From the IMG/VR virus record IMGVR_UViG_3300046171_000301: a stretch of DNA of 64,000 bases; one strand, given 5' to 3'. This DNA is from an uncultured virus (IMG/VR IMGVR_UViG_3300046171_000301). Taxonomy: Duplodnaviria > Heunggongvirae > Uroviricota > Caudoviricetes. Of this stretch, positions 9,814 to 19,840 are shown one piece after another. The notes beneath the pieces are model-generated. The model did no database searches and was not told where the DNA came from. It was given only the letters and a program-made list of their open reading frames with translations. Position 1 is the stretch's first letter; each line of letters opens with the position of its first letter. Both the position numbers and the translations under genes were made by a program.

Positions 9814-10149
9814 ATGGAAAAACCTGACCCTTATGTTGAATTTTTAGAAAACTGGATACCAGGCATAGGTGAAAGTACTGAACTTCATGATCAATTACAT
9901 GATCACTTTCAATTGGGATACAGAATCAATGATGAAGCTCGTATTCTAGGCTTTCAACTAGGACATCATCCTGCAGGGTCGATATTTCATGTGATTGTGT
10001 TTTCTCTAATGAGTATGCTTATATATCCAAGCACATACAGAAATACGTGGCCTGACATTGTAGACTTTTACACGTCATATAATTTAGGTAAGAGATGGCA
10101 GTCAGTTTCTTACTGGTTCATCCCGACAAATATTCTTAAATTAAAATGA
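9814..10149 (+). CDS. hypothetical protein
   Basis: ORF track. Confidence 0.65.
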   Translation: MEKPDPYVEFLENWIPGIGESTELHDQLHDHFQLGYRINDEARILGFQLGHHPAGSIFHVIVFSLMSMLIYPSTYRNTWPDIVDFYTSYNLGKRWQSVSYWFIPTNILKLK

Positions 10150-10358
10150 CTCCCTTAGTGTATTGCCGAATTATCGGTAGTACTTTAATTGTGTTAGCTT
10201 ACTTTGTAGTTTTACACATCAATGTATTGACAGGAGCTACTATACATACAGTAGGGACATTAATGTCAATACCATTTTTTGTAACTACTAAATCGTGGGA
10301 TGTTGTTGCTATGAGGGCTTTCTTAGTCTTCATAAGCTTAAGTAAATTCTTCACGTAA
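10146..10358 (+). CDS. small multi-pass membrane protein
   Basis: Three hydrophobic segments. Confidence 0.65.
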   Translation: MTPLVYCRIIGSTLIVLAYFVVLHINVLTGATIHTVGTLMSIPFFVTTKSWDVVAMRAFLVFISLSKFFT

Positions 10359-10431
10359 TGGCCTATAGCTCAGTTGGTAGAGCAGCTGACTGTTAATCAG
10401 CCTGTCCCAGGTTCGAGCCCTGGTGGGCCAG
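10359..10431 (+). tRNA. tRNA-Asn(GTT)
   Basis: Cloverleaf; anticodon arm GCTGA-CTGTTAA-TCAGC. Confidence 0.95.
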
Positions 10432-10434
10432 TTA

Positions 10435-10508
<74 letters not shown>

Positions 10509-10511
10509 TAT

Positions 10512-10585
10512 GACTTAGTAGCTCAGATGGTTAGAGCGCTGCCCTGTCACGGCAGAGGTCGAGGGTTCGAGCCCCTTCTAGGTCG
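10512..10585 (+). tRNA. tRNA-Asp(GTC)
   Basis: Cloverleaf; CTGCC-CTGTCAC-GGCAG. Confidence 0.95.
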
Positions 10586-10611
10586 TTTAACTAGTTATAG
10601 TTAATACAAAC

Positions 10612-10685
10612 GCCCGCATAGCTCAGCTGGATAGAGCAGCTGTTTTGTAAACAGCAGGTCGTCCGTTCAAGTCGGACTGCGGGCT
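10612..10685 (+). tRNA. tRNA-Thr(TGT)
   Basis: Cloverleaf; GCTGT-TTTGTAA-ACAGC. Confidence 0.93.
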
Positions 10686-10946
10686 TCAATCAGCTGAATT
10701 CTCAGAATTCGTTAGTTGTAAATTATTTTCTTCACGAATCTCTTTTACAGTCTGCCTAAGTGAAGCGGCAGTCTTTTCATATGATTCAGCTCTTGACTCT
10801 AATACAGCAATTTCTTTTTTTGCTTCTTCTTGCTTATATTTTTTATATTCAGAATCAGGAATTACATACACATCTGATCCAAATGGAATTTCAGAGTATC
10901 CAGTGATGTGCGGTTGAAGATGAAACGGAAGACGGTAGTATGACAT
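10686..10946 (-). CDS. hypothetical coiled-coil protein inside the tRNA cluster
   Basis: ORF track. Confidence 0.7.
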   Translation of the reverse strand: MSYYRLPFHLQPHITGYSEIPFGSDVYVIPDSEYKKYKQEEAKKEIAVLESRAESYEKTAASLRQTVKEIREENNLQLTNSENSAD

Positions 10947-11033
10947 AGTTTGTATGCTGACTATAAAAAGTCTACGCTAATAAAGCAAGCTAGTGTAGTT
11001 ATTATGTGAGAGTAATTACCGAAGTAATTAGTA

Positions 11034-11106
11034 GGGGAATTAGCTCAGTTGGTAGAGCACCTGCTTTGCAAGCAGGCTGTCAGCGGTTCGAGTCCGCTAT
11101 TCTCCA
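11034..11106 (+). tRNA. tRNA-Ala(TGC)
   Basis: GGGGAAT/ATTCTCC acceptor with G3:U70; CCTGC-TTTGCAA-GCAGG. Confidence 0.96.
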
Positions 11107-11164
11107 TTGATAGTTAATAGATAAATTCATTTATCATAAATAGTAGTGTAACTTATCCAAGTAA

Positions 11165-11815
11165 ATGGCATACAAGCGGTTTGATGAAGAAGGATATTCC
11201 CCTCGCTACGGAAGTGGAACGGGCAAAGTCCAAAAAGATGAATTCTCAATTGACGGCAAATCGTGGGAGCATCGTAATCCTGGTACATTGAATGCTGGGT
11301 ATAAAAAAGGCACAGCAGGTGACCATACTCATAACCGTCATGCATCTAATGACTGGAATCCGCTGTACGATTACTCATTCGGACAAGTGCGTGATGCTGC
11401 AAAACAACTTGGAATTGGAAACGTAAATAAGAAGGAAGAAGTCACTAGCATTATTGACCATATACAATCAGGATCTAAACTAAAGGATGAAACCAAACAA
11501 GAACCAAAAGAAAAACCTGACCCCTACGAAGGAACTACAAAATTTCAACAAACAAACTTAAAACCTGTACAGCTCAGTCAACGAACTGCTGAAGCATTGG
11601 CAGGAGTGCAAGCGCACAGGCAAAGGTTTGATTCTGCTGCATCTAAAGCTAATGATATGAAAGATGCTTATGCACTAAATCTTAAGGGTAGTGTCGGTAA
11701 AAGAGGTCAAGGAGCACAAACAAGCAGTGGCTGGGACAATGGCATTAATGATGACTTTTATCAAAATAAGCTTGCTCTTACAAAGCAGTATTTGAAAAAA
11801 GGGTATAGAGCTTAA
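11165..11815 (+). CDS. hypothetical protein
   Basis: 216-aa ORF. Confidence 0.75.
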   Translation: MAYKRFDEEGYSPRYGSGTGKVQKDEFSIDGKSWEHRNPGTLNAGYKKGTAGDHTHNRHASNDWNPLYDYSFGQVRDAAKQLGIGNVNKKEEVTSIIDHIQSGSKLKDETKQEPKEKPDPYEGTTKFQQTNLKPVQLSQRTAEALAGVQAHRQRFDSAASKANDMKDAYALNLKGSVGKRGQGAQTSSGWDNGINDDFYQNKLALTKQYLKKGYRA

Positions 11816-11818
11816 ATA

Positions 11819-12066
11819 CGCTACGTCGCTACGTTCCGCTACGTCAAATTTCTATAAACCTAGTTTTTAATTATTAGCACTCAACCCTCTAGCAGCTTCT
11901 GTGTGCATTAAAAAAGAAGAATATATAAGCATTAGCGTAGCGAGTGTAGCGACTGAGTAGGATTACTAGTTATACCAAGGGATTTAGACGCTACGTTTAA
12001 ATCGTTAATATTTAACTAAGAACAAAAAACTGTAAAACAGTAAAACTGTAAAACTGCTAAAATGTC
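11819..12066. other. candidate replication origin / protein-binding repeat region
   Basis: CGCTACGT x4 plus inverted GTAGCG x2 around AT-rich DNA, then AAAAC(T/A)G(T/C) x4 in tandem. Confidence 0.5.
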
Positions 12067-12101
12067 ATTTCCAAATTTTTACATCTAAAATAGTAGGGTT
12101 T

Positions 12102-12283
12102 ATGGCAAATCACATGAGGGGCTTATCAAACGTGTAACTGTTCAAGTCCCTAAAGACTTACACCAACAGCTTAAGATCATTTCTGTCAAAGACGATACAA
12201 CTATGCAAAAGTTGATTCTTGATTCTATAAAGCTGTATTTACAGCAATACGAAAATTTAACCACTGATTCAGATTTCAAGTAA
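12102..12283 (+). CDS. ribbon-helix-helix (CopG/ParG-like) DNA-binding protein; start out of frame
   Basis: KRVTVQVPKDLHQQLKIISVKDDTTMQKLILDSI matches the RHH pattern; ATG at 12102 needs one extra base to join the frame. Confidence 0.6.
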
Positions 12284-12367
12284 AAAGTATTCAGCCGGTT
12301 AACACCGGCTTTAACCATTCGTGCTCGTCATAAACACGGCGAGTGTTGTTTATATGAGATCTAATTC

Positions 12368-13330
12368 ATGCCCGCAAATTTCACATCTGGCTGGCTCGGC
12401 AATGGAGAACGTGCATGGCACGGTATGGGGGTCGTCACTGACGGCACACTCCCGGCGCGAGAGGCGTTTGAAACTGCAGACGCATTATTCACTGTCGAGA
12501 AGCGAGCGCTTCAATACCCGACATTCTCATCTGTTGGAGAGAATGACGCCAATTGCTGGTCAAATACACCAGCAGGTGTCTTCGGAGTTGTCCGCACTGA
12601 CACCCAAGCCCTCCTCGGCATCGTCACCAAGCAATACGAGCTGGTGCAAAACGAAGCCCTCTTACGCATGGCGGAGTTCATCCGTGAAGAGGTCGACATG
12701 GACGCCGTCGTCGTACTTGCGGACGGGGCCAAAGTCTGCTTTACCGCCACACTCCGTGGTGCGGAAACGGACATCGTCCCTGGAGACACAATCAAACGTC
12801 GTATTGTTGGCTACGTAGGCCACGACGGCAAGACCGGCTGTGGTGCCAAGTTCACTAACATCCGTGTTGTCTGTCAAAACACTTTGACTGCAGCGCTTGG
12901 TGAATCCGGTGCTCACAGCAGCATTACTCACAAAAATGGTGCTAACAACAACTTCGATGCTCTAATTAACAGTATTGATGTAGCACGTCAGGACTTTGTC
13001 ACTGAGTGCGACCTGATGCGTGAATTCTCACGTGTGTCTATGGGTGTTGATGCCTTCCACGAGTTTGTTGATGAGGTCTACAACATTGACGACAGTCAAG
13101 TGTTCCGTAAGCGCGGTTATCTTGAAACTGCATTCCGAGTTGGCTATGGCCAAGAGTATGCGCCTTTCTCTCTGTGGACTGGCGTTAATGCCATCACACA
13201 GGTAGAGACAAGTACTCGTGGCACAACTGCTGCCAAGGGTCGCGCTCAATTTGCTCGTGGAACCTTCGGTGCTGGCGCTCAAATAAGCAAGCGTGCGTTT
13301 GCTGTAGCAAGTGACTTAGTCACTGCCTGA
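12368..13330 (+). CDS. DUF932 family phage/plasmid protein
   Basis: WHGMG, VRTD..LGIV..Y..VQN, HDG, TNIRVVCQNTL motifs. Confidence 0.88.
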   Translation: MPANFTSGWLGNGERAWHGMGVVTDGTLPAREAFETADALFTVEKRALQYPTFSSVGENDANCWSNTPAGVFGVVRTDTQALLGIVTKQYELVQNEALLRMAEFIREEVDMDAVVVLADGAKVCFTATLRGAETDIVPGDTIKRRIVGYVGHDGKTGCGAKFTNIRVVCQNTLTAALGESGAHSSITHKNGANNNFDALINSIDVARQDFVTECDLMREFSRVSMGVDAFHEFVDEVYNIDDSQVFRKRGYLETAFRVGYGQEYAPFSLWTGVNAITQVETSTRGTTAAKGRAQFARGTFGAGAQISKRAFAVASDLVTA

Positions 13331-13651
13331 TAGTTATGTACTTGGAATCCTAGTAAATGATGTTTATTAGGATTCCTGTTATTTAAAGAAACCCGCAATG
13401 AAATTATTTGACTTTAATTATCAATTTGATTTCGGACACGAATTTTATATTCGAGTATTATTCAACAAGCACTGGGTATTTTTTCTAGGGTCAGTATCTT
13501 GGTCTGAATATTCTGGTTTGCCTTTTCTCCAGATACAGTCTGGTAGTGGTTCGTTGCTAAGTATCATATTGAATGTTTATAAGTTTGGTATTTCTGTCGC
13601 TATTGCAAGCGTAATGGTCTAGTTTATATAAAAGTGGATCCGGCCTTTTAC

Positions 13652-13737
13652 GGGGGCGTGGCGGAATTGGTAGACGCACCAGACTTAAAATCTGTTGACT
13701 AGTAATAGTCGTGGGGGTTCAAGTCCCCCTGCCCCCA
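13652..13737 (+). tRNA. tRNA-Leu(TAA)
   Basis: Cloverleaf with long variable arm; CAGA-CTTAAAA-TCTG. Confidence 0.95.
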
Positions 13738-14121
13738 TAAGCTTGAGATTATCTCTCGCTTAATTATTGTTAATCGCTAATATTGTATTAGTCGCAGATA
13801 TATTTATGTCTCGTACTTACCGCAAAGAACCTCAAAATCGTACTGGCCTTAGGCTTCCAAAAACAACAAGAGAACGTCGACAGCTAAAAGGTTTAAAAAA
13901 TGATTTGAGAGATAATGATTACGATGTCTCGCCTAGAAATCGAATTAATCGATATATTCCTACCTCATACGATGACCTTTGGGCCAGCTCACTAAAGCAA
14001 AATCATTACCACAAAAATTGAGTATTAATTCTAACCAAAATGAATGTTAAGAAAGTTAAACTAATTATGTAGGCAAATGCCGATATACATAATTCACTCA
14101 AACTTGCATTCATTTAATCAC

Positions 14122-15207
14122 ATGACTACTATCTCTCAATCTAAATCCCGCATGTCGGGTTATAGCTGGGAAGAATTTTGTCAGTGGGTTGCAAGTACAA
14201 ACAATCGGCTTTATGTGGGCTGGTTTGGTGTGCTTATGATCCCCTGTCTTCTTGCAGCAACTATTTGTTTTATCGTCGCTTTTGTAGCGGCACCACCCGT
14301 AGATATCGATGGAATTAGAGAACCGGTTGCAGGATCTCTCCTGTACGGAAACAACATTATTTCAGGCGCAGTTGTCCCCAGCAGCAACGCCATTGGCCTG
14401 CACTTCTATCCCATCTGGGAAGCCCTTAGTCTCGACGAATGGCTCTACAACGGTGGACCATACCAACTTGTCGTCTTTCACTTCCTTATCGGTGTCTTCG
14501 CTTACATGGGACGCGAATGGGAACTTAGTTACCGACTGGGAATGAGGCCCTGGATCTGTGTTGCTTACTCCGCTCCCGTCGCCGCCGCCTCGGCTGTCTT
14601 TCTTGTTTATCCGTTTGGCCAAGGTTCGTTCTCAGATGGTATGCCTCTGGGAATCTCTGGTACGTTCAACTACATGCTGGTGTTCCAGGCTGAGCACAAC
14701 ATTCTTATGCATCCTTTCCACATGTTGGGAGTTGCTGGTGTATTCGGTGGAGCTCTTTTCAGTGCTATGCACGGCTCTCTTGTCACGAGCTCACTCGTTC
14801 GCGAAACAACTGAAAAAGAAAGCCTAAACTATGGCTATAAGTTTGGACAAGAAGAAGAGACTTATAATATTGTTGCTGCCCATGGTTATTTTGGGCGTTT
14901 AATATTTCAATATGCCTCCTTTAATAACTCTAGGTCCCTTCACTTTTTCTTGGCTGCTTGGCCTGTGGTTGGTATTTGGTTTACTAGCCTTGGTGTTAGC
15001 ACTATGGCTTTCAATCTTAACGGATTTAACTTTAATCAATCCATTATCGATTCTCAGTCTCGTGTCATTAATACTTGGGCCGATATTCTCAATCGTCAGG
15101 GACTAGGTATGGAAGTGATGCACGAGCGCAACGCTCACAACTTTCCTCTCGACCTCGCTGCTGCATCTACAACTAAAGTGGCACTTGTTGCCCCATCTGT
15201 TGGATGA
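14122..15207 (+). CDS. psbA: photosystem II D1 protein
   Basis: [37 protein letters not shown]; start MTTISQ at 14122. Confidence 0.99.
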   Translation: MTTISQSKSRMSGYSWEEFCQWVASTNNRLYVGWFGVLMIPCLLAATICFIVAFVAAPPVDIDGIREPVAGSLLYGNNIISGAVVPSSNAIGLHFYPIWEALSLDEWLYNGGPYQLVVFHFLIGVFAYMGREWELSYRLGMRPWICVAYSAPVAAASAVFLVYPFGQGSFSDGMPLGISGTFNYMLVFQAEHNILMHPFHMLGVAGVFGGALFSAMHGSLVTSSLVRETTEKESLNYGYKFGQEEETYNIVAAHGYFGRLIFQYASFNNSRSLHFFLAAWPVVGIWFTSLGVSTMAFNLNGFNFNQSIIDSQSRVINTWADILNRQGLGMEVMHERNAHNFPLDLAAASTTKVALVAPSVG

Positions 15208-15266
15208 TCTAGCTATATTTAATGAATAGTATTTCAGTTAGATTTACTTGCATCTACGACTTGAAT

Positions 15267-15294
15267 GCCCTGGCAGCAATGCTGGGGCTTTCTT
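15267..15294 (+). terminator. probable intrinsic terminator after psbA
   Basis: GCCCTGGCA-GCAA-TGCTGGGGC followed by TTTCTT. Confidence 0.6.
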
Positions 15295-15637
15295 GTACTT
15301 GTTATTCTTGAAATAGAGATATACAACTTACCCATGCGTATTTTAGGAATTGTCGCATTATCATTAGTAGTGTCTTCTTGTATGCCTAAGGTTACTGACA
15401 TTATTGAATCACAGGTCCCAGACGTAGAAGATATTAAACCAGAAATTCCTTCTGATTTAAAACAAGCTTTACCGCCTTTTAAATAAATGTCTGAATTAAC
15501 TGTTTCAGAGCAACTACTGCTTAAAAAGATCCTTGTCTTTTACATGCATCATCACATGTCATTGAGAAATCCTCAATACAATGATGTGAATCAAATACTA
15601 GATAAAATAAAAGCAAGAGTAATCGACTCACCTGAAG

Positions 15638-15874
15638 ATGATTGAAGCCGGCGTTACATTAGCTATTGCAGCTGCTGCTGGCCTAGCTACGATTACTACA
15701 CGCCTTCATGGACGTATTCATGAAGTTGATCGACGATTAGATCAAGTTGAATTGCGTGTAGCTGAACGCTATGTATCAAAAGCAGACTTAAGTGAAATGA
15801 TGACACGTATGGAAGATCATATGGTACGTATTGAAGAAAAATTAGACCGCATCACAGTCAGAACTCACGTCTAA
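15638..15874 (+). CDS. small membrane-anchored coiled-coil protein
   Basis: N-terminal TM helix followed by heptad pattern. Confidence 0.7.
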   Translation: MIEAGVTLAIAAAAGLATITTRLHGRIHEVDRRLDQVELRVAERYVSKADLSEMMTRMEDHMVRIEEKLDRITVRTHV

Positions 15875-15916
15875 TTGATGACTCTGTTATATTATTTATT
15901 GTCTAGATATTGACAA

Positions 15917-16108
15917 ATGACAGTAACTGAAAACGAACAAGGACAACAAAATATTTTTGCTAAAGAACCTACTATGTACACACAGGAGATTACCGTGACT
16001 CACAACGAAAAAGCTGAAATGCTGAACGGCAGGCTGGCAATGCTTGGAGTAATTGCTGCTTTGGGTGCATATGCGCTAACCGGCCAAATCATTCCAGGAA
16101 TTTGGTAA
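15917..16108 (+). CDS. hli: high-light inducible protein
   Basis: AEMLNGRLAMLG...TGQIIPGIW chlorophyll-binding motif. Confidence 0.96.
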   Translation: MTVTENEQGQQNIFAKEPTMYTQEITVTHNEKAEMLNGRLAMLGVIAALGAYALTGQIIPGIW

Positions 16109-16719
16109 TTTAAGTTTTGATTTTAAGTAGAAATACACAATAAAATAACCTCCAAGCCGGCTAACACCGGCTATATTTATGTTGTGCCCGGCGATTGGGC
16201 CTGTTATATATTTGATGGCTAAATGCAAATTTCAAAAGAAACACTTCAGGATCTTACTGAGATAATTGAAGACACAGTCCAATATTTCTGTGATACTCAT
16301 CAAGCATCAGGACAGCTTGCATGGACATGTATCGAAGCCTTGTCCGCCGCTAAGCTTGCAGAACTCAATGGAGAACTTTCAGCAATCAACGGTTGACAAT
16401 GACATTAGATACAGATAAAGTAAGAATGCACTGGGAAAACCTTGCAGAACATCTAAAATATCAACTTCCAACTTTAATAGACGGCGAAATTCTATATTGG
16501 GTCTACGAGACCGCAGCTGAAGGCCAATGCTCTGATCAAGACGAAGACACACTATATGAAATCCTCTCAGATATGGCTGAGTGGAAAATCCTTGTGTCTT
16601 ACGACGTCAATCCAACTTATGGCGGTGATAAAAGTCACCCGCCTTGTGACATATAAACCTTGGCCGGCTAATGCCGGCTATATCTATCGCGCCTTTGGGC
16701 AATATTCACTGAATTAATT

Positions 16720-17364
16720 ATGACTCAAACTATTTCTGCTCCAGATACTGCTGCCATTGTTGCTGAACTTGGCGGTCAATCAACTGCTGAAGTCAGCGTA
16801 ATGATTGGCATTGGACTTGTTAAAGACAGCGATGCAGTCTATTTCCAATATGTTGGTGATGACAAGACACAAGCACTTGTCAAAGACAACGGAACACCAT
16901 TGACTCGTATCTCCCCTGTGCGTTTCAAAGGTATCAGTATTGCTGACGATATTTATAAAGATGCAGGATTTCAAGGCAGCAAGCTAAACGTGTTCTTTGA
17001 GACACAGCAGCAGCGCACTGTAATGCTTACCGCTGGCTTGACTACTATTTGGTCCCAATGCATCCTCAGCGGCCTTATGGGGCTGCTTGAGACAGGATCT
17101 ATTGATTCACTTGTGTCTGTAGACACTTGGAAAGGTAATTCCAAAATGAAGCCTTGCTTTGCTGGTATTCGCAACAACGGCATGAAAATCGTAAGTGAAG
17201 AGCTTAAGTCACTTCTTAGCGAAGCTCGTGCTGATCGCGACAAAGAAAAAGTGAATACATTGATTCGCAACGCAGTGGAGGCTCTCTCAATCCAAGAAGC
17301 TGTAGTAACTGAAGAAGTTCCTGCATCTAACAGTGAATTGGCTGCTGTTGCTGGCGATTTCTAA
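16720..17364 (+). CDS. hypothetical protein
   Basis: 214-aa ORF downstream of a hairpin repeat. Confidence 0.8.
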   Translation: MTQTISAPDTAAIVAELGGQSTAEVSVMIGIGLVKDSDAVYFQYVGDDKTQALVKDNGTPLTRISPVRFKGISIADDIYKDAGFQGSKLNVFFETQQQRTVMLTAGLTTIWSQCILSGLMGLLETGSIDSLVSVDTWKGNSKMKPCFAGIRNNGMKIVSEELKSLLSEARADRDKEKVNTLIRNAVEALSIQEAVVTEEVPASNSELAAVAGDF

Positions 17365-18410
17365 TGGCTACATTTGGTCAACCTGAGCTGGATCTTGTTA
17401 TTGATATTAATCAGTATCTAATTGACGAGTTCCCGCTCCTTTCTTTGATTGATAGAAAAGCTATTGGAACATTAATCCTAAGAGATGATGAATTTGACTT
17501 GACAGCAATTCATGATCAAATTAATCAGGCCACACTTAATTACATCAACAAGGAGAATGTAAACAATGGCTCCAATGAGGAGTGAAATCGCTTTAGTCGG
17601 TCGAATGCGTAAGGACTTAGCTGCTCTTATGCATTTGATTGATATTGACGATCAAATCACACTTGGAAAATTCAAGATTATTCTTGAAAAGCTTAAAACA
17701 AATCCAGGAATCATTCAGGACTTTATAGATGAAAGATATCAGCATCAAAGACTATGACCTTCAAGAAGCAGTAAACCTTTGCTACGCAGCTAATCAGCAA
17801 GATGCGCCTCAAACTTGTGAGTTCTATCTAAACCAAGTTTTAAATATCCTATATGGATATTTGCCACCAGATGGGCGCAAAAATCTTGATGCCTATCTTG
17901 CTGAGAAACAGTATCTCCCTCCTGTCACTATTCAACTTTCTAAATGACACCTGAAGAACGAGACAAACTCCAAGATAACTATATCAATCAAGTAGTTGAT
18001 GACATGGATGTCAAAACCTTGTGTGCGATTGTTTATGACAGTATGAGCGAAACTTTAGATGATTATTCAACTGAAGAGCTGATTACTGAAATCAAAGAGT
18101 ATTACCCCCACCTTCTTGACAAATGAAAAAGCCACCTCAGCCAATGAAAGCCGTAGTTGTTTCAGAGCCACGCATTTGCGACATTAATGACATAGAAGCT
18201 TTGGCCTACGAGGCTGAAATGGAATATGTCCGCAAAGAACCAAAAGTCAAGTACATACTTTGTACTCCTTTGGATGACGTCAGAATTGGGGATAGTGTAG
18301 ATCTTGTTTACAACGTAAACATGCGTTCTTATCAACACAAATACGCAAGTCGTTCAAACAATACAAACACAATTGGAGGATTCTATTACACTAATGGAAG
18401 GCCAGCATGA
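17364..18410 (+). CDS. run of five short overlapping hypothetical genes
   Basis: ORFs 17364..17585, 17566..17757, 17729..17947, 17944..18126, 18123..18410. Confidence 0.65.
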
Positions 18411-18587
18411 ATGCATCTCTAATGCTTAATAAAGAATATAAAGCTGTTTATGTAGACCAGAAAGGTGACAAACACACTGTTTTCGTAGCGTCATCAAACA
18501 CTATTCAAGCAATTGATACTGTATTAGATACTTGCAAGAATGCACGTCGTGTGATTCATTGCTGCCCATGTAATCCTGCATAAATAG

Positions 18588-18938
18588 ATGATGAAACTCT
18601 ATCAACTATATGTATTTACTCAAGACTCATGCCCGCCATGTACACGTCTTAAGGACTATATCAATACTCTTACGGAAGCTGAAAAAGGAGAGCTCAAAAT
18701 GGTCCCTTTTAAAGCACCCAATGGCACTCGAACGGCGCTGGCGGAGGAGTTTGAAGTGGTATCTACACCAACGCTTGTAGTCTGTCATGAAGATCTTGTG
18801 TGCAAGATTGATGAAGAAGACGAAGAGTGGTGTGACGCCAACGAATCTCTCGTAGAAAAAATTGCTGGTGCGAACAAAATAATCTCATCATTACCAGCAA
18901 CACTTGACGCTTACACATATGCTCATCCTGAAGATTAA
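18588..18938 (+). CDS. thioredoxin/glutaredoxin-like protein
   Basis: CPPC active site and TPTL cis-Pro loop; near RNR genes. Confidence 0.85.
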   Translation: MMKLYQLYVFTQDSCPPCTRLKDYINTLTEAEKGELKMVPFKAPNGTRTALAEEFEVVSTPTLVVCHEDLVCKIDEEDEEWCDANESLVEKIAGANKIISSLPATLDAYTYAHPED

Positions 18939-19182
18939 TAATGGCATTATCAAAATCAGTTACTGACTCATTAGATGCAGCTCAAGGACAATTGCGCAAT
19001 GCTCTTGCTTTTGCTGCCCGCCAAGAACGAGCTGTTACTTGTGCTGCTATAGCTGATCTCTTAGGAAGATTAGATAATGTGTCGTCTGTAGATAACATGA
19101 TTGACGAAATTGAAAATAATTTTACGGATTCAACTCCACCAGATTTTGATAATTGACAAACATATTTCGTTCACTTAATTCA

Positions 19183-19413
19183 ATGTCAAACAATAAAGCA
19201 AACGTAGTAGAAGCAACAGGTACAATTTTCAAAGAAAGTGGTAATGGTTTTTTCAATGTAGAACTGGATCAGCCAGAGGGACATGAGTGTCTTTGTAGAG
19301 CTTCAGGTAAATTAATTACACGCAAGATTCAGCTGCTAGTAGGAGATAAAGTGTCAGTAGAACTGTCTCCATTTGATTTATCAAGAGGTAGAATTACTTT
19401 TAGAGAAAAGTGA
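19183..19413 (+). CDS. infA: translation initiation factor IF-1
   Basis: F.VELD, SGK...I.LLVGDKV.VELSPFDLSRGRITFR. Confidence 0.92.
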   Translation: MSNNKANVVEATGTIFKESGNGFFNVELDQPEGHECLCRASGKLITRKIQLLVGDKVSVELSPFDLSRGRITFREK

Positions 19414-19455
19414 TTCATTCTGTCTCTAAACTTAAAAACAATAACAATATATATA

Positions 19456-19839
19456 ATGGATCCTAGTCAACAAGCTATTGAATTTAGACAAGCCTTTAAT
19501 GTAATCAACTCGCATCATAAAAGTGATTTTCAATTCACATTGATTGAAGAAGAATTTCGCGAATTTACAGAAGCACATCTTAAACTAGGTACGTATGAAG
19601 GATCAGAATCTGATGCTCTTAAAGAGCTGGCGGACCTTGTTTATGTAATATTTCAGTACTCTGAAAATCTTGAATGGGATTTGCTTGAAGCACTAAGGCG
19701 TGTTCATAAAAGTAACATGTCAAAATTAGATGATGAAGGCAAACCTATCTATAGAAATGACGGAAAGGTACTGAAAGGGCCAAATTACAAGCCGCCATTC
19801 CTTGATGACTTGTTTGACAAACGATTTGGATTTCACTGA
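19456..19839 (+). CDS. MazG-like nucleotide pyrophosphohydrolase (PRA-PH like)
   Basis: LIEEEFRE, KELADLVYV, VHKSNMSK, DGKVLKGPNY motifs. Confidence 0.9.
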   Translation: MDPSQQAIEFRQAFNVINSHHKSDFQFTLIEEEFREFTEAHLKLGTYEGSESDALKELADLVYVIFQYSENLEWDLLEALRRVHKSNMSKLDDEGKPIYRNDGKVLKGPNYKPPFLDDLFDKRFGFH

Positions 19840-19840
19840 T

